Shown: in pieces, positions 17,613 through 26,824 of the stretch
How the letters are laid out: every line of letters starts with the position of its first letter
Position numbering within the stretch: the first letter of the stretch is position 1
Assembly (NCBI GenBank): GCA_964354495.1
Contig: CAYHAA010000009.1
Span: 1 to 32,000, forward strand
Direction of reading: 5' to 3'
Origin: an uncultured archaeon
Lineage (GTDB): Archaea; Asgardarchaeota; Thorarchaeia; Thorarchaeales; Thorarchaeaceae
Length of the DNA: 32,000 nt
Translations under genes and position numbers: made by a program
Notes under the pieces: model-generated
Seen by the model: the letters and a program-made list of their open reading frames with translations, nothing else
What the model was told of the DNA's origin: nothing
Database searches by the model: none

Positions 17613-18497
17613 ATGATGCAGCTGTCCGGTATCCCAAATGACATTCTTGGTATCATTCTAGCACTGATCACCTCATTGCTCTGGAACACAGCTCCCATTG
17701 TCCAGAAGGAAGCACTTGCGGAGATGGAGGAGATTGATGTCAAGAATCCGCTGAAACACACTCGAAAGCTCTTCTCGAAACCACGTTGGGTCCTTGGATT
17801 TGGAATGGCACTCATTGGCGGACTCACATACATGCTTGCAACGAATCTTGCGGGGATTGTGGCGATCCAACCTCTCATGAACGTGGGATTGATCGCTCTC
17901 GTGTTCTTTTCGATAAGACGTCTCGGCGAAAAGATCGATTTGCCCGCAGCAATCGGAATCGTGCTTATGATTCTCACACCCGTATTCATTGCCTTCGGTG
18001 GCGTGACGGAGCCGTTGATGTTCACAGATTTCACCGGTATCCTCCTGTATTCTGCGACTATGCTTGTGGGGATTGGACTCATGGCAGGCGGCACGAGCCG
18101 AATCGCAATCCTTTGGGCGCCGATTACCTCGCTCTTTCAGGCCCTGGCAGCACAGTTCACCCAGTGGTTCACCCTCGAGCTTTTCGGGGCTGCTGATATT
18201 GTTCAGGGATTTGTCAACGCCTTCTTGCCCCTCATCCTACTGGGCATCTTCACAGCAATCGCAGCCATCTATACCGTATCGATAGGTCTGCAGAGGAATC
18301 CAGCATCCAGATTCAATGCAATAACTGGGACCATTAGTATGTTTGCTGTGGTTCTTGGAGGCATCATGATCTTCGGGCAGATAATAACGAACACCCTCTT
18401 CTATGGAATCGGTCTGGCATTCGGAATCATCGGCGTGATTCTGCTCAGCAAATACCAGGATCAAGGGAGTGTTAGTCCTGAGATAGAAGAGAAGTAG
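17613..18497 (+). CDS. DMT/EamA-superfamily membrane transporter
   Basis: About 9 hydrophobic segments; motifs KPRWVLG, AIQPL and LGEKI typical of DMT (NIPA-like) proteins. Confidence 0.8.
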   Translation: MMQLSGIPNDILGIILALITSLLWNTAPIVQKEALAEMEEIDVKNPLKHTRKLFSKPRWVLGFGMALIGGLTYMLATNLAGIVAIQPLMNVGLIALVFFSIRRLGEKIDLPAAIGIVLMILTPVFIAFGGVTEPLMFTDFTGILLYSATMLVGIGLMAGGTSRIAILWAPITSLFQALAAQFTQWFTLELFGAADIVQGFVNAFLPLILLGIFTAIAAIYTVSIGLQRNPASRFNAITGTISMFAVVLGGIMIFGQIITNTLFYGIGLAFGIIGVILLSKYQDQGSVSPEIEEK

Positions 18498-18551
18498 ATG
18501 GACCGATGGCGCGCATGAAGCACCACCGGTCTTCTGTGCAATCCATTTGCA

Positions 18552-20981
18552 TTATGTTGCAGGTTTGCCTCTCATCCGCAAAACCACAGCTGCCACAACA
18601 ATGACAACCGCAGCCGCTCCGATGATTATCAGGAGCGTTGTGATATCGCCACCCAAACCAACAGCAAGTACCTCTATGCTTCCTTCAACTGACGTAGACG
18701 TATCAATGGTACTCACCATGTAGATAGTATAGTTCAGTGTGCCTGCCTCGGCTGGAGTCCAACTGTATGTATAGGTATCTCCACTTGCCTCCATTGGATG
18801 ACTGCTACCATTGAATTCGATGCTCACCGAACTGACTCCTAGGAAGTATGTCACATTAACAGCGACTGTCACCTCAGTCCCAACGTAGACGACAGCGGGA
18901 GTGATGAGAAGTCCCTCATAGCTTGGACCTGTCGTTAGTGGAGTATATGTGAAGCTCTGCTCAGCCCAGTCGGACCAGAAGCCATAGCTGTCACAGGTCT
19001 GGACTCGCCAGTAATAGCTAGTATTGTTAACTAATGAAGGACCAGCGTAGTCAACAGATGATTCAGACTCTACGAAGTCGATCATCAAGTTGTACCCTGC
19101 AGTCTGGTTTCCTAGTCTTGGTAGTCCCAGCCAGTGAACGTCCCATGCCCTATAACACACCGCGGCTGAGTAAAGATTCGGTACTTGTGCATATCCACTA
19201 GAGAGCGAATCCCATTGTAGCTCTATGAGCAAGTCGTGAGTATTGCTGTAGTAGAATGTGTTCTCAAAGTCGAGTACCAAGCAATTACCCAGATTTCGAA
19301 CTTCGTATGTGCTCGCATCTATTACGACAGTGGGAGTCCTTCCGCCATAGTTGGAACTGAAGTCGAGATGCGCGAGAGGACCTATGACGGGTGTTTCCAC
19401 GACAGAAACGGTGAGATTCTCAAAGACAACATTGCCATCCACTTGAAACACTCTGAAGTAGACCTTATCGATTGTGCCATCTCTGTCAATGATGGACTGG
19501 TTGTACTTGATTTGGAACAGACCTGGTGAACCAGGTGTGGTCCCAAAGGGGAACGCATTAGAGTCTACTAAAGCAGATGCAAAGACCTCTTCCGTTTGGA
19601 AACCAATCTTGAGATCATATAATCGATCAGCTGTATAGATTGCTGTGTCTGTTGTGTAGGCTCCGGATCCATAAGCGCCAGCTACGCTTCCTGGAACTGT
19701 GTTCACGCGGCCTATTCTCGTGATATCAGCTGTATTATTCATCAGTCTGAACTCTATGATCAGATTGAGATAGTTATTCAACATGAAGATATTTTCAACA
19801 TCAATCACTAGGATGTGATTTGAGTAAGACACTTCATAGAGGTCCATTGAGAGAACTGTCGTAGGCTCACGTCCATCATAATTCACGGTAAAGTTGGAAC
19901 TGAGCACGGATGTGTCTTCGACCATGAACATTCGAATCTCGAAATCCTCAAGCACAAGAGTCCCAGATTCCTCAATTGTTCGGAAATAGAGTCTGTCTAC
20001 CATTCCTGAGCGTGGCAATTCCGAGCTGGGGTATTTTGTCTGAAGTCGTATCTCCTCGTCCATGCCAAAGGGATGATAGTTCCCGTCCATCAATGCACTA
20101 CTGTAGATGGTGGTCACGTCTTCACTAGAGGAGTTCCACATCTGGGTTCCATTATAGTACTCAGTATCCCAGACCTCAACATTGTGACCTCTCTGGTAAT
20201 CACCAACATCAGGATCAGAAAATTCCCAGCCAAGTGTTGGAGAGGCGTCCTGAATATAATCAATCAATGGTGATTCAGAATACCCACTTGTTGTTAAGCC
20301 ATTTACTGCAGGATTCGTAAATGATAGCTCTATGTAGGCGGCAAAGATAGGCGCGTGGGTAGATTCATCATAGTAGTCGAGCGCATTCTGCGTTCCTATC
20401 TCTACCGTCTGCTTAAGTACCTCAGTAAGCATCTTATCACCAGCTAGTGCACCACGGACATCATTCGTGATTTCCCAGCCATACCAGGTCTTGTCAACAA
20501 ACATATCAGGGCTTGCGGGCGAATCGATGACATCTGAGGGCACCGCAGCGAATGCTGGTTGGAGGTTCCAAGTCAATGTTGACTCAGTCCAACTATCATC
20601 ATCGCAGTAATAGACTCCGACAGGCTCATCAGGTTCTCCCCACTCATAGTTCATGCGCACATACATGGTTGCCTTGTAGAATGGCTCACTTGCCTCGCTG
20701 AGATTGAATTTAAGCCAGGAGCGAGCAGTCCACCACATACCATCAAAGCCTGTTCCAAGGAGCAGAAATAGTTGATCGATAAAGTTGATATCTCCATATG
20801 AACCGTTGAGAACACTCACGTCTTCCGAAACAACTATGTTCTCCAATGAACCCTCTGACAATCCAGCTGGTTCAAAGGTGTACGTCAAACCATCAGCACG
20901 TACCAGTGCCAACGTCGACGTGGTGGATATCATTTGCAAAAAGATGAGCATACTCATAATGATTAAGGATAGTTTCTTCAT
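18552..20981 (-). CDS. Large secreted, membrane-anchored surface protein (DNRLRE-like domain, internal tandem repeat)
   Basis: ATG at 20981 (MKKLSLII signal) after GAGGT. RSWLKFNLS...SWTESTLTWNLQP resembles a DNRLRE/CBM96-like domain. YYWRVQ Fn3-like strand, Ig-like domain, C-terminal TM helix with a basic tail. Confidence 0.85.
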   Translation of the reverse strand: MKKLSLIIMSMLIFLQMISTTSTLALVRADGLTYTFEPAGLSEGSLENIVVSEDVSVLNGSYGDINFIDQLFLLLGTGFDGMWWTARSWLKFNLSEASEPFYKATMYVRMNYEWGEPDEPVGVYYCDDDSWTESTLTWNLQPAFAAVPSDVIDSPASPDMFVDKTWYGWEITNDVRGALAGDKMLTEVLKQTVEIGTQNALDYYDESTHAPIFAAYIELSFTNPAVNGLTTSGYSESPLIDYIQDASPTLGWEFSDPDVGDYQRGHNVEVWDTEYYNGTQMWNSSSEDVTTIYSSALMDGNYHPFGMDEEIRLQTKYPSSELPRSGMVDRLYFRTIEESGTLVLEDFEIRMFMVEDTSVLSSNFTVNYDGREPTTVLSMDLYEVSYSNHILVIDVENIFMLNNYLNLIIEFRLMNNTADITRIGRVNTVPGSVAGAYGSGAYTTDTAIYTADRLYDLKIGFQTEEVFASALVDSNAFPFGTTPGSPGLFQIKYNQSIIDRDGTIDKVYFRVFQVDGNVVFENLTVSVVETPVIGPLAHLDFSSNYGGRTPTVVIDASTYEVRNLGNCLVLDFENTFYYSNTHDLLIELQWDSLSSGYAQVPNLYSAAVCYRAWDVHWLGLPRLGNQTAGYNLMIDFVESESSVDYAGPSLVNNTSYYWRVQTCDSYGFWSDWAEQSFTYTPLTTGPSYEGLLITPAVVYVGTEVTVAVNVTYFLGVSSVSIEFNGSSHPMEASGDTYTYSWTPAEAGTLNYTIYMVSTIDTSTSVEGSIEVLAVGLGGDITTLLIIIGAAAVVIVVAAVVLRMRGKPAT

Positions 20982-21264
20982 GCTACATACCTCAACTCTG
21001 CTATTGACGAGGTGCTTTAGCCTCAAAACCAGCAGTGCAGACGAAGTTTTCCCAAGGAATCCAGTCGTCACACTCCTTTTGCCAAGACTCCTCGCGAATT
21101 CCAGACTTCAGATACGATGGGAGATGCAGCTTATTACTTTTCCTGTAAAATTGGCAAGGTCTACCTCTGGGGCATCATTGGAATGAAGTTTGGAAACTTG
21201 ATTGATCTAGTAAGCTGCGAAAACAGATTTGATTCCAGTTCTACTCTAGCACAGTGAAGATTGA

Positions 21265-22119
21265 TTGAGAACCACTGGCATCTATCTGGACAAGAACAGG
21301 CTACAACCAGGAGAAACACTCTCAGGTCAAGTCACCATACGAACTAGCAAGTCATACGAATGCAACCGGGTTGTTCTGAAGACAATAGGGAAAGAGAGAA
21401 CGGAACGTGCTGCTGGAGAAACTAATGTAGTTGAGGAAAAGCACCATATCAATACCGTGTTCACAATCAGCGAGGGAGGTATCATCCCAGAAGGTGTATC
21501 TCGATTCCCATTTTCCTTCAGACTGCCGAGCAGTCTACCGCCAAGCTATCATGGGAGAAACGGGACAATTGAGTATTCAGTCCGGAGTGTGGTTGAGGTC
21601 AATTGGGCTCTGGACCCTGTGTCGGAAGAATCATTCTATGTCCTACAGGAGGGACCTCCTAGTCTTCACGATATCTTTGATGTTCGTCGCCTGAATCAGA
21701 CATCAGGACATCTGCATGTCAAGCTCGATTCGAATGCTATATGGATGAACAGAGGAATACGTGTAAGGTTCATGGTGAGTGAGAGGAGTCGAGTGAAAGG
21801 AGTCAGGTTTGAAATGCTCAAGAGAGAAGAAGCACTCTGTCAGCATCATGTAGTGAATAACCATGAAACGGTGGCCTTTGAGTTCTATCCTATTTCTCCT
21901 GCTGATTTCGAGAGTTGGAAGGATGTACAGGTCGGAAAAACGTTGGATTGCCAATTACCATTCCGCGGAGAGCTTATTTCCGTTTCTTACATTCTGAAGG
22001 TCAGCCTAGATGTATCACTCGGACGAGATCCTGATGTGATGATTCCGCTCGAGTTCTCAAAAGATGTCCCTGTTGGGAATGTATTGGATGAAATTGAGCG
22101 CGACCTCTGGCGAATCTAA
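21265..22119 (+). CDS. Arrestin-fold (arrestin-N/SpoOM/Vps26-like) protein
   Basis: PGETLSGQVTI and FPFSFRLPSSLPPSYHGRNGTIEYSVR match the arrestin-N pattern. A second beta-sandwich follows (ISVSYILKVSL). TTG start. Confidence 0.8.
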   Translation: MRTTGIYLDKNRLQPGETLSGQVTIRTSKSYECNRVVLKTIGKERTERAAGETNVVEEKHHINTVFTISEGGIIPEGVSRFPFSFRLPSSLPPSYHGRNGTIEYSVRSVVEVNWALDPVSEESFYVLQEGPPSLHDIFDVRRLNQTSGHLHVKLDSNAIWMNRGIRVRFMVSERSRVKGVRFEMLKREEALCQHHVVNNHETVAFEFYPISPADFESWKDVQVGKTLDCQLPFRGELISVSYILKVSLDVSLGRDPDVMIPLEFSKDVPVGNVLDEIERDLWRI

Positions 22120-22270
22120 TAAGCAGTCCTTTTTGGAGAAGTGAATGACGACAGAGGATTAGGTCTATTAAACCAAAGGAGCATCAAGAAGGCAATAGAT
22201 GTCATTCCACGCCCAGACAGATTGCTCTTGATTTGTTGCCCGATGTCTCATCCTAGGTGCGGAGAACCTC

Positions 22271-23026
22271 TCAAGCAGACAATCCATCGTCAAAGAAATA
22301 GTCTAATGGTAGGGTCACAGCATAGTGGTCAGAGAATCTTGTTCGGTGCTCAGTGCGGACAGGAAGTGATGGATGCTTTGTCAGCATATAGAGCGTTCTC
22401 ATCGGAGTCTGCTCTACAAGGATATGGACTTGAGCATTGGTCGCCAAGGCCCTGCCAACGGGGGGAATTGCTTTGGAGGACGGATGGCTGCCCGTGGAAA
22501 CAAGAGTGACAAGTCCGTACTCAAGGGTCTTCGCCATAAGTCGGGCAGAGGCATGCGCAATCTGTTGAGACCTCTCGCCATCGAGGCCTTCGCTAGCGAA
22601 GAGATCAGGCAGACCAGGGACTATAAGTATCTTCGCAGCGATGCGTTCCATGTATTCGTCAAGATGGTTGACCAGAAGGTCGTAGGTCTGAGAGGAGTTG
22701 AATGCTCTTGAGATGAAGATGTTGTCCATCACGTCTTCAGCGTTCAATTCATACTCGGAAGCATAGTCTGCAAGCTTCAGGGTATCGATCATGTTTGAGC
22801 TATCGATGATGATTACTGGACCAGCAAATCCACCTCGTGCCTCTGGAATCTGAGCCCATACCGCTGCACGAAGCAAGTCCTCACAGAACGAGGTGTGTCC
22901 GTAGAAGAGATGTACAAGTCCGCATTCGTATCCGCCCTCAAGCAGTCTATCAATGGCTAGAACGCCGCTTCCAAGACGCACATGCACTAATGCGTCTGCA
23001 GTCTGGAAGCTTACATCATGGTGCAC
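22271..23026 (-). CDS. RadA/Rad51-like protein, ATPase-dead and lacking the N-terminal HhH domain
   Basis: GSGVLAIDRLLEGG, AQIPEARGGFAG, IIIDS and ISRAFNS align to RadA. Walker A reads GHTSFCED and Walker B reads ILIVPG. Confidence 0.85.
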   Translation of the reverse strand: MHHDVSFQTADALVHVRLGSGVLAIDRLLEGGYECGLVHLFYGHTSFCEDLLRAAVWAQIPEARGGFAGPVIIIDSSNMIDTLKLADYASEYELNAEDVMDNIFISRAFNSSQTYDLLVNHLDEYMERIAAKILIVPGLPDLFASEGLDGERSQQIAHASARLMAKTLEYGLVTLVSTGSHPSSKAIPPVGRALATNAQVHILVEQTPMRTLYMLTKHPSLPVRTEHRTRFSDHYAVTLPLDYFFDDGLSA

Positions 23027-23255
23027 TCTGTAGTCCTCATGAGTCTAGGAACCACTGTACAACTAGAGTGTTCGTAAGCATGGGCGCGACTATATTCCGC
23101 TCCCAGAGAGAATTAACTACTTCGAAATGCTTCCCGAAATCCCAATAGTTTGGTGAGTTTATTAGGCATCATCAAGAATATGCGTGTTCTACGATGGAGT
23201 GAGTGGATACTCCAATTCGCCGCTTTCGTAATCCAGTAATAGCTCACTATGGTTA

Positions 23256-23717
23256 ATGATGTGGGAGAACATGCCACACTTTGGAGTCATTGATGAATCG
23301 CTAGAAGAAGAGGAAGCGCTCCTAATGAGAGCAATGCTTCATGTCAGAGGAGGCTGGATTCGATTCTCAGAAGAAAGAACGGGTGATGGAATTGCTGCCA
23401 TCTATGACGCACTCTCATCTTCAATGAGAATATTTGCAGTCCCGAATACGACAGGCCGAATTCTGAAAACTGCAGAGGGGGAGGACCTTTCCGATGATCT
23501 AACTCTCTTCAAGACTCTCAAGCGCTCTGGAGCCTTTGACGACTTGGCGAAACTTGAAGACTTCAGGTACATTGCTCAGAGTCTGGATGATGCTCTGGAG
23601 AACCGATTAGCAGGATTCGATGAAACAAGATTCGTGGAAACAACCAATAGACTCCTGATACAGCTGGGTGTGCTCCCTTTTAACGCGTGTGCACTGCCTG
23701 ATTCTGTCACTCTGTAG
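23256..23717 (+). CDS. Hypothetical alpha-helical protein (153 aa)
   Basis: Long ATG ORF with protein-like composition. Its 3' end overlaps the convergent gene by 11 nt. Confidence 0.75.
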   Translation: MMWENMPHFGVIDESLEEEEALLMRAMLHVRGGWIRFSEERTGDGIAAIYDALSSSMRIFAVPNTTGRILKTAEGEDLSDDLTLFKTLKRSGAFDDLAKLEDFRYIAQSLDDALENRLAGFDETRFVETTNRLLIQLGVLPFNACALPDSVTL

Positions 23718-24069
23718 CAGTTGCCACAACATCGAGGATAGGACCATAGAGGAGTCCTGCAAACCATCCCATCAAATCAAAGATGGTAGCAGAAAGCAGC
23801 AGAGTTGCAGATGTGATGATAAGTCCGAGTACTAGACCTCTGACAATCGAGTTACTGTAATTCTTTTCCTTTGCGCTCTTGATGATGATGATATCACTCG
23901 AGGCTCCAATCAGCAGGCCCATGATTACACGGTTATACCATACCGCGATTAGATAGACCGTATTAGCGGAGTAGCCGCCGGGAATACGGGCACCAACTCC
24001 AATGATGCACAACACCCCGAGTAGGGCTCCCGCGACTGTGGCAATAGCTATGCGTCTGTATGTTGTCAA
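23707..24069 (-). CDS. Small integral membrane protein (about 4 TM helices)
   Basis: Four hydrophobic Gly-rich segments; TTG start. Confidence 0.8.
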   Translation of the reverse strand: MTTYRRIAIATVAGALLGVLCIIGVGARIPGGYSANTVYLIAVWYNRVIMGLLIGASSDIIIIKSAKEKNYSNSIVRGLVLGLIITSATLLLSATIFDLMGWFAGLLYGPILDVVATATE

Positions 24070-24117
24070 TATTCAATCCCGTCAGCAGCAAATGCACTTC
24101 AACGCTTTAACAGTATC

Positions 24118-24651
24118 TTATTCGCTGAGAAATCGATTCAAGTGCTTGAAACACTCAGTGTACACGTCCCACAGTGTCTGCCTCTCGGGATACTGCGGGA
24201 TAAGCTGCTCAAGTAGTGAGAGCGCTTCGGGATGGTATCCACGCATCGCATAGTAGCGGATAAGATGGTGAAGAACATGGGGCTCGTCTGATCCCAGCTC
24301 TACAGCCATACGGTATGCGCGACCTGACTCTTCCTCATCTCCAACGAGACCGAGTAATTCCCCCAAAATAGACCAAGTCCATGCGATGCTCGTATCCAGT
24401 TCGAGGGATCGCTCTATGGCATCCTCCGCGTCATCATACCTGTTGGTCATCATGTATACAAGGGCTAACGCATTCCACATCGTAGGATTCTGTGGCTCGA
24501 GCATCATCGACCGCAAGCAGGCGTACTCCGGCTCAAGTCCTTGAAGACCATTAAGCAGACCATTCTGTCTGTGCAGAGAGATGGAAACCATCTGCATCAT
24601 GGCCTGAAGGTGACCTAGTATATTCTGTTCCTCGATATCAGATCCTGACAT
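24118..24651 (-). CDS. TPR-repeat protein
   Basis: MWNALALVYMMTNRYDDAEDAIERSLELD, AWTWSILGELLGLVGDEEES. GGAGG SD before the ATG. Confidence 0.85.
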   Translation of the reverse strand: MSGSDIEEQNILGHLQAMMQMVSISLHRQNGLLNGLQGLEPEYACLRSMMLEPQNPTMWNALALVYMMTNRYDDAEDAIERSLELDTSIAWTWSILGELLGLVGDEEESGRAYRMAVELGSDEPHVLHHLIRYYAMRGYHPEALSLLEQLIPQYPERQTLWDVYTECFKHLNRFLSE

Positions 24652-25110
24652 CGTTTCTTCCTCCTATGATTTCTCCATGCTGTCATGGACCGCTATAGAA
24701 TCTGCGAGAGAACTCGCATATTGACATCGTATCTGTCAGAGATTTGTGGGGTTTCTTGTTTCTGGCCGATGAAACGCGGCTCTTCATTTTTCCAGGCATC
24801 ATCATTCTTCATCTTGCATCCTGCAGCAGGTTCACTTGGAAACAACTGCATGACATGGGATAGCTCATAGGAAAATGGTGTTTTCGAAACCAATAGAAAA
24901 GGACCACTGCAATCACAAAATCACTTTGAGCAAATATGACAATTTCTTGCAGGCAAAGAGGATCGCAATGCACACATTGTGCATTTTTGAGGACTCATAA
25001 TCCCTTTTCTTCGCTGGAAGGTGTCCGTTCTGCAATCTAGCTCGGTTTCACTCCAATTCTCTGTGAAGTACTTCTTGGCAATATCCTGATGCCAACATCA
25101 GAGTAGCAGA

Positions 25111-26238
25111 CTAGAGCGCATCTAAGAGCTCAGAAACCCTCTCAAAAGCCCGCTCAAGATATTCTCTATCTGCACCGAATCCTATCCGAATGAATCCGGG
25201 CACCTCAAAGTATTCACCAGGAGCGATGAGGACACTCTTCTCCTTCAGCAGCCGCATCACTAGATCCAGAGATGAGATTCCTGTCTTCTGCTTGATGAAA
25301 CAGATTGCGGAAGCAGCTGGGGGCACATACTCGAACAGGTTGGAGTGAGAGTCCAACCATTTCTTCGTGATGATCCAGTTCTCTCGAATGAGTTTCCTTG
25401 TGCGTTGCTCAATCTTGGCTCTGAATTCGGGCCTCAATGCATGAATCGCTAGCCAATCGCTTATCTTTGATGGACAAATGGTGGTATAGTCAGAATACAT
25501 CCAGAGCTCCCTAGCAACATCTGGAGAAGGACACACCGCCCATCCTAGTCGAAGCCCTGGAAGGGCACAGACCTTTGACAGACTTGACGTGATAATGGTC
25601 TTGTTGTAGCGGTCATGCATCGATGGCGCCTTCTCCTCTTTCATCTCTGCACCCCTGTAGACCTCATCAGATACAATCCACGCCCCCTTCTCATCAGCAA
25701 TCTCTACAATTGCCTTCAGACTGCCAATGTCGATGATTGCGCCCGTTGGATTGTTTGGATTGCAGATCATGATAGCCGCAGTCCTGTCTGTCACAATCTG
25801 CTTCAGTGATTCAATATCGGGAACCCAGCCTCTCTTTGTCAGCTGAAGCTTGCATGTCCTGACCTTGCCTCCGAAGGCCTTCCAGATGCCACTCATCTGC
25901 ATGTAGTTTGGGACCATGAAGACAAGTTCACGACGATTGGGATTCTCATGGAAGAGCCACCATGTGACTAGGAAGTTGGCCTCAGCACCCCCATTCGTGG
26001 CGAGTATATTCTCTGCTCCGGAGCCAGGATAATACTGGGCTATAGCTTCCCGCAATGGCACAGTCCCATTGGTCTGGGAGTATCCCAGCTGCATGTTCAG
26101 AAACTGGTCCCTGAGCTCAGGCGTTTCGAGCAGGTCTGTTATTCTAAGCGGTTCAACACCGCTCTCACTCAGATTGAAGTCTATACGATGTTCCCATTCA
26201 GACTGTATTCGCTCAAGATTGAAAGGTTCAAGGTTCAC
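25111..26238 (-). CDS. PLP-dependent aminotransferase class I/II
   Basis: NGGAEAN, NPNNPTG, SDEVY, SSLSK(PLP)VCALPGLRLGW, RIGFG. Start moved to GTG 26238, which has a GGAGG SD at 26251-26247. Confidence 0.92.
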   Translation of the reverse strand: MNLEPFNLERIQSEWEHRIDFNLSESGVEPLRITDLLETPELRDQFLNMQLGYSQTNGTVPLREAIAQYYPGSGAENILATNGGAEANFLVTWWLFHENPNRRELVFMVPNYMQMSGIWKAFGGKVRTCKLQLTKRGWVPDIESLKQIVTDRTAAIMICNPNNPTGAIIDIGSLKAIVEIADEKGAWIVSDEVYRGAEMKEEKAPSMHDRYNKTIITSSLSKVCALPGLRLGWAVCPSPDVARELWMYSDYTTICPSKISDWLAIHALRPEFRAKIEQRTRKLIRENWIITKKWLDSHSNLFEYVPPAASAICFIKQKTGISSLDLVMRLLKEKSVLIAPGEYFEVPGFIRIGFGADREYLERAFERVSELLDAL

Positions 26239-26358
26239 TAGGATTGCCTCCGAATGCTCCTGATCGAACAGGACTAGACACCAGCTTATGAACTCTACCC
26301 AAGTGACAGCAGTCCTGGTTTCTTTCACGAAGACCCGTTGGACCAAGGAAGAAATGAT

Positions 26359-26775
26359 TCAGACTTCTGGGTCGTTTTCGAGAATGGGTATCACGTACTT
26401 CTGAAGATAGCCCGATTCAGTGTCGAAACTGACACCTCGTAACGTGCTCCGAAATGCTGGTGCTATCAGATCTTCATCAAATGATCTTGCGAGAATGATA
26501 AGCTGCGCGCCTGAACTTGTGATGAATAGTGTCGCGAAGTCTATTGTATTTGAGTATGTCAATCGATCTATCCCTCCCATTATCTCATTTGCAATCTTGA
26601 CAGCCGTGTAGTAGACCACATCATTCTCGTGCAGGCCTCGCGTGTCATGAACAATGTAGGCTGATTCCTGGATGATGGCTTGGGCTCCCATGCCCTTGAG
26701 TACGCTGTCGAGAGTATAAAATCCCCGAGAAAATGATGACGTGTCCTGCAGGCGGGGGAATCGCATTGTGCCCAT
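26359..26775 (-). CDS. Hypothetical protein (138 aa)
   Basis: ATG ORF with protein-like composition, co-oriented with the aminotransferase. Confidence 0.7.
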   Translation of the reverse strand: MGTMRFPRLQDTSSFSRGFYTLDSVLKGMGAQAIIQESAYIVHDTRGLHENDVVYYTAVKIANEIMGGIDRLTYSNTIDFATLFITSSGAQLIILARSFDEDLIAPAFRSTLRGVSFDTESGYLQKYVIPILENDPEV

Positions 26776-26824
26776 TACCGAAGGTATTTAACTATTGTGA
26801 ACTCATTATCGGCAGGTACAGAAA

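Noticed and set aside
17483-18094. 203-aa minus-strand ORF
   Set aside because: Antisense shadow of the DMT transporter.
21538-21549. PPSY as an alpha-arrestin PPxY (WW-binding) motif
   Set aside because: It lies within the structural LPxS(F/Y) strand of the arrestin-N fold, not in a disordered tail.
23132-23150. CGAAAT direct repeats upstream of the radA-like gene as a damage-response box
   Set aside because: Only 6 bp, and not seen at matching positions upstream of the uvr genes.
24693-24893. 66-aa minus-strand ORF
   Set aside because: TTG start, no SD and no motif; coding status unsupported.
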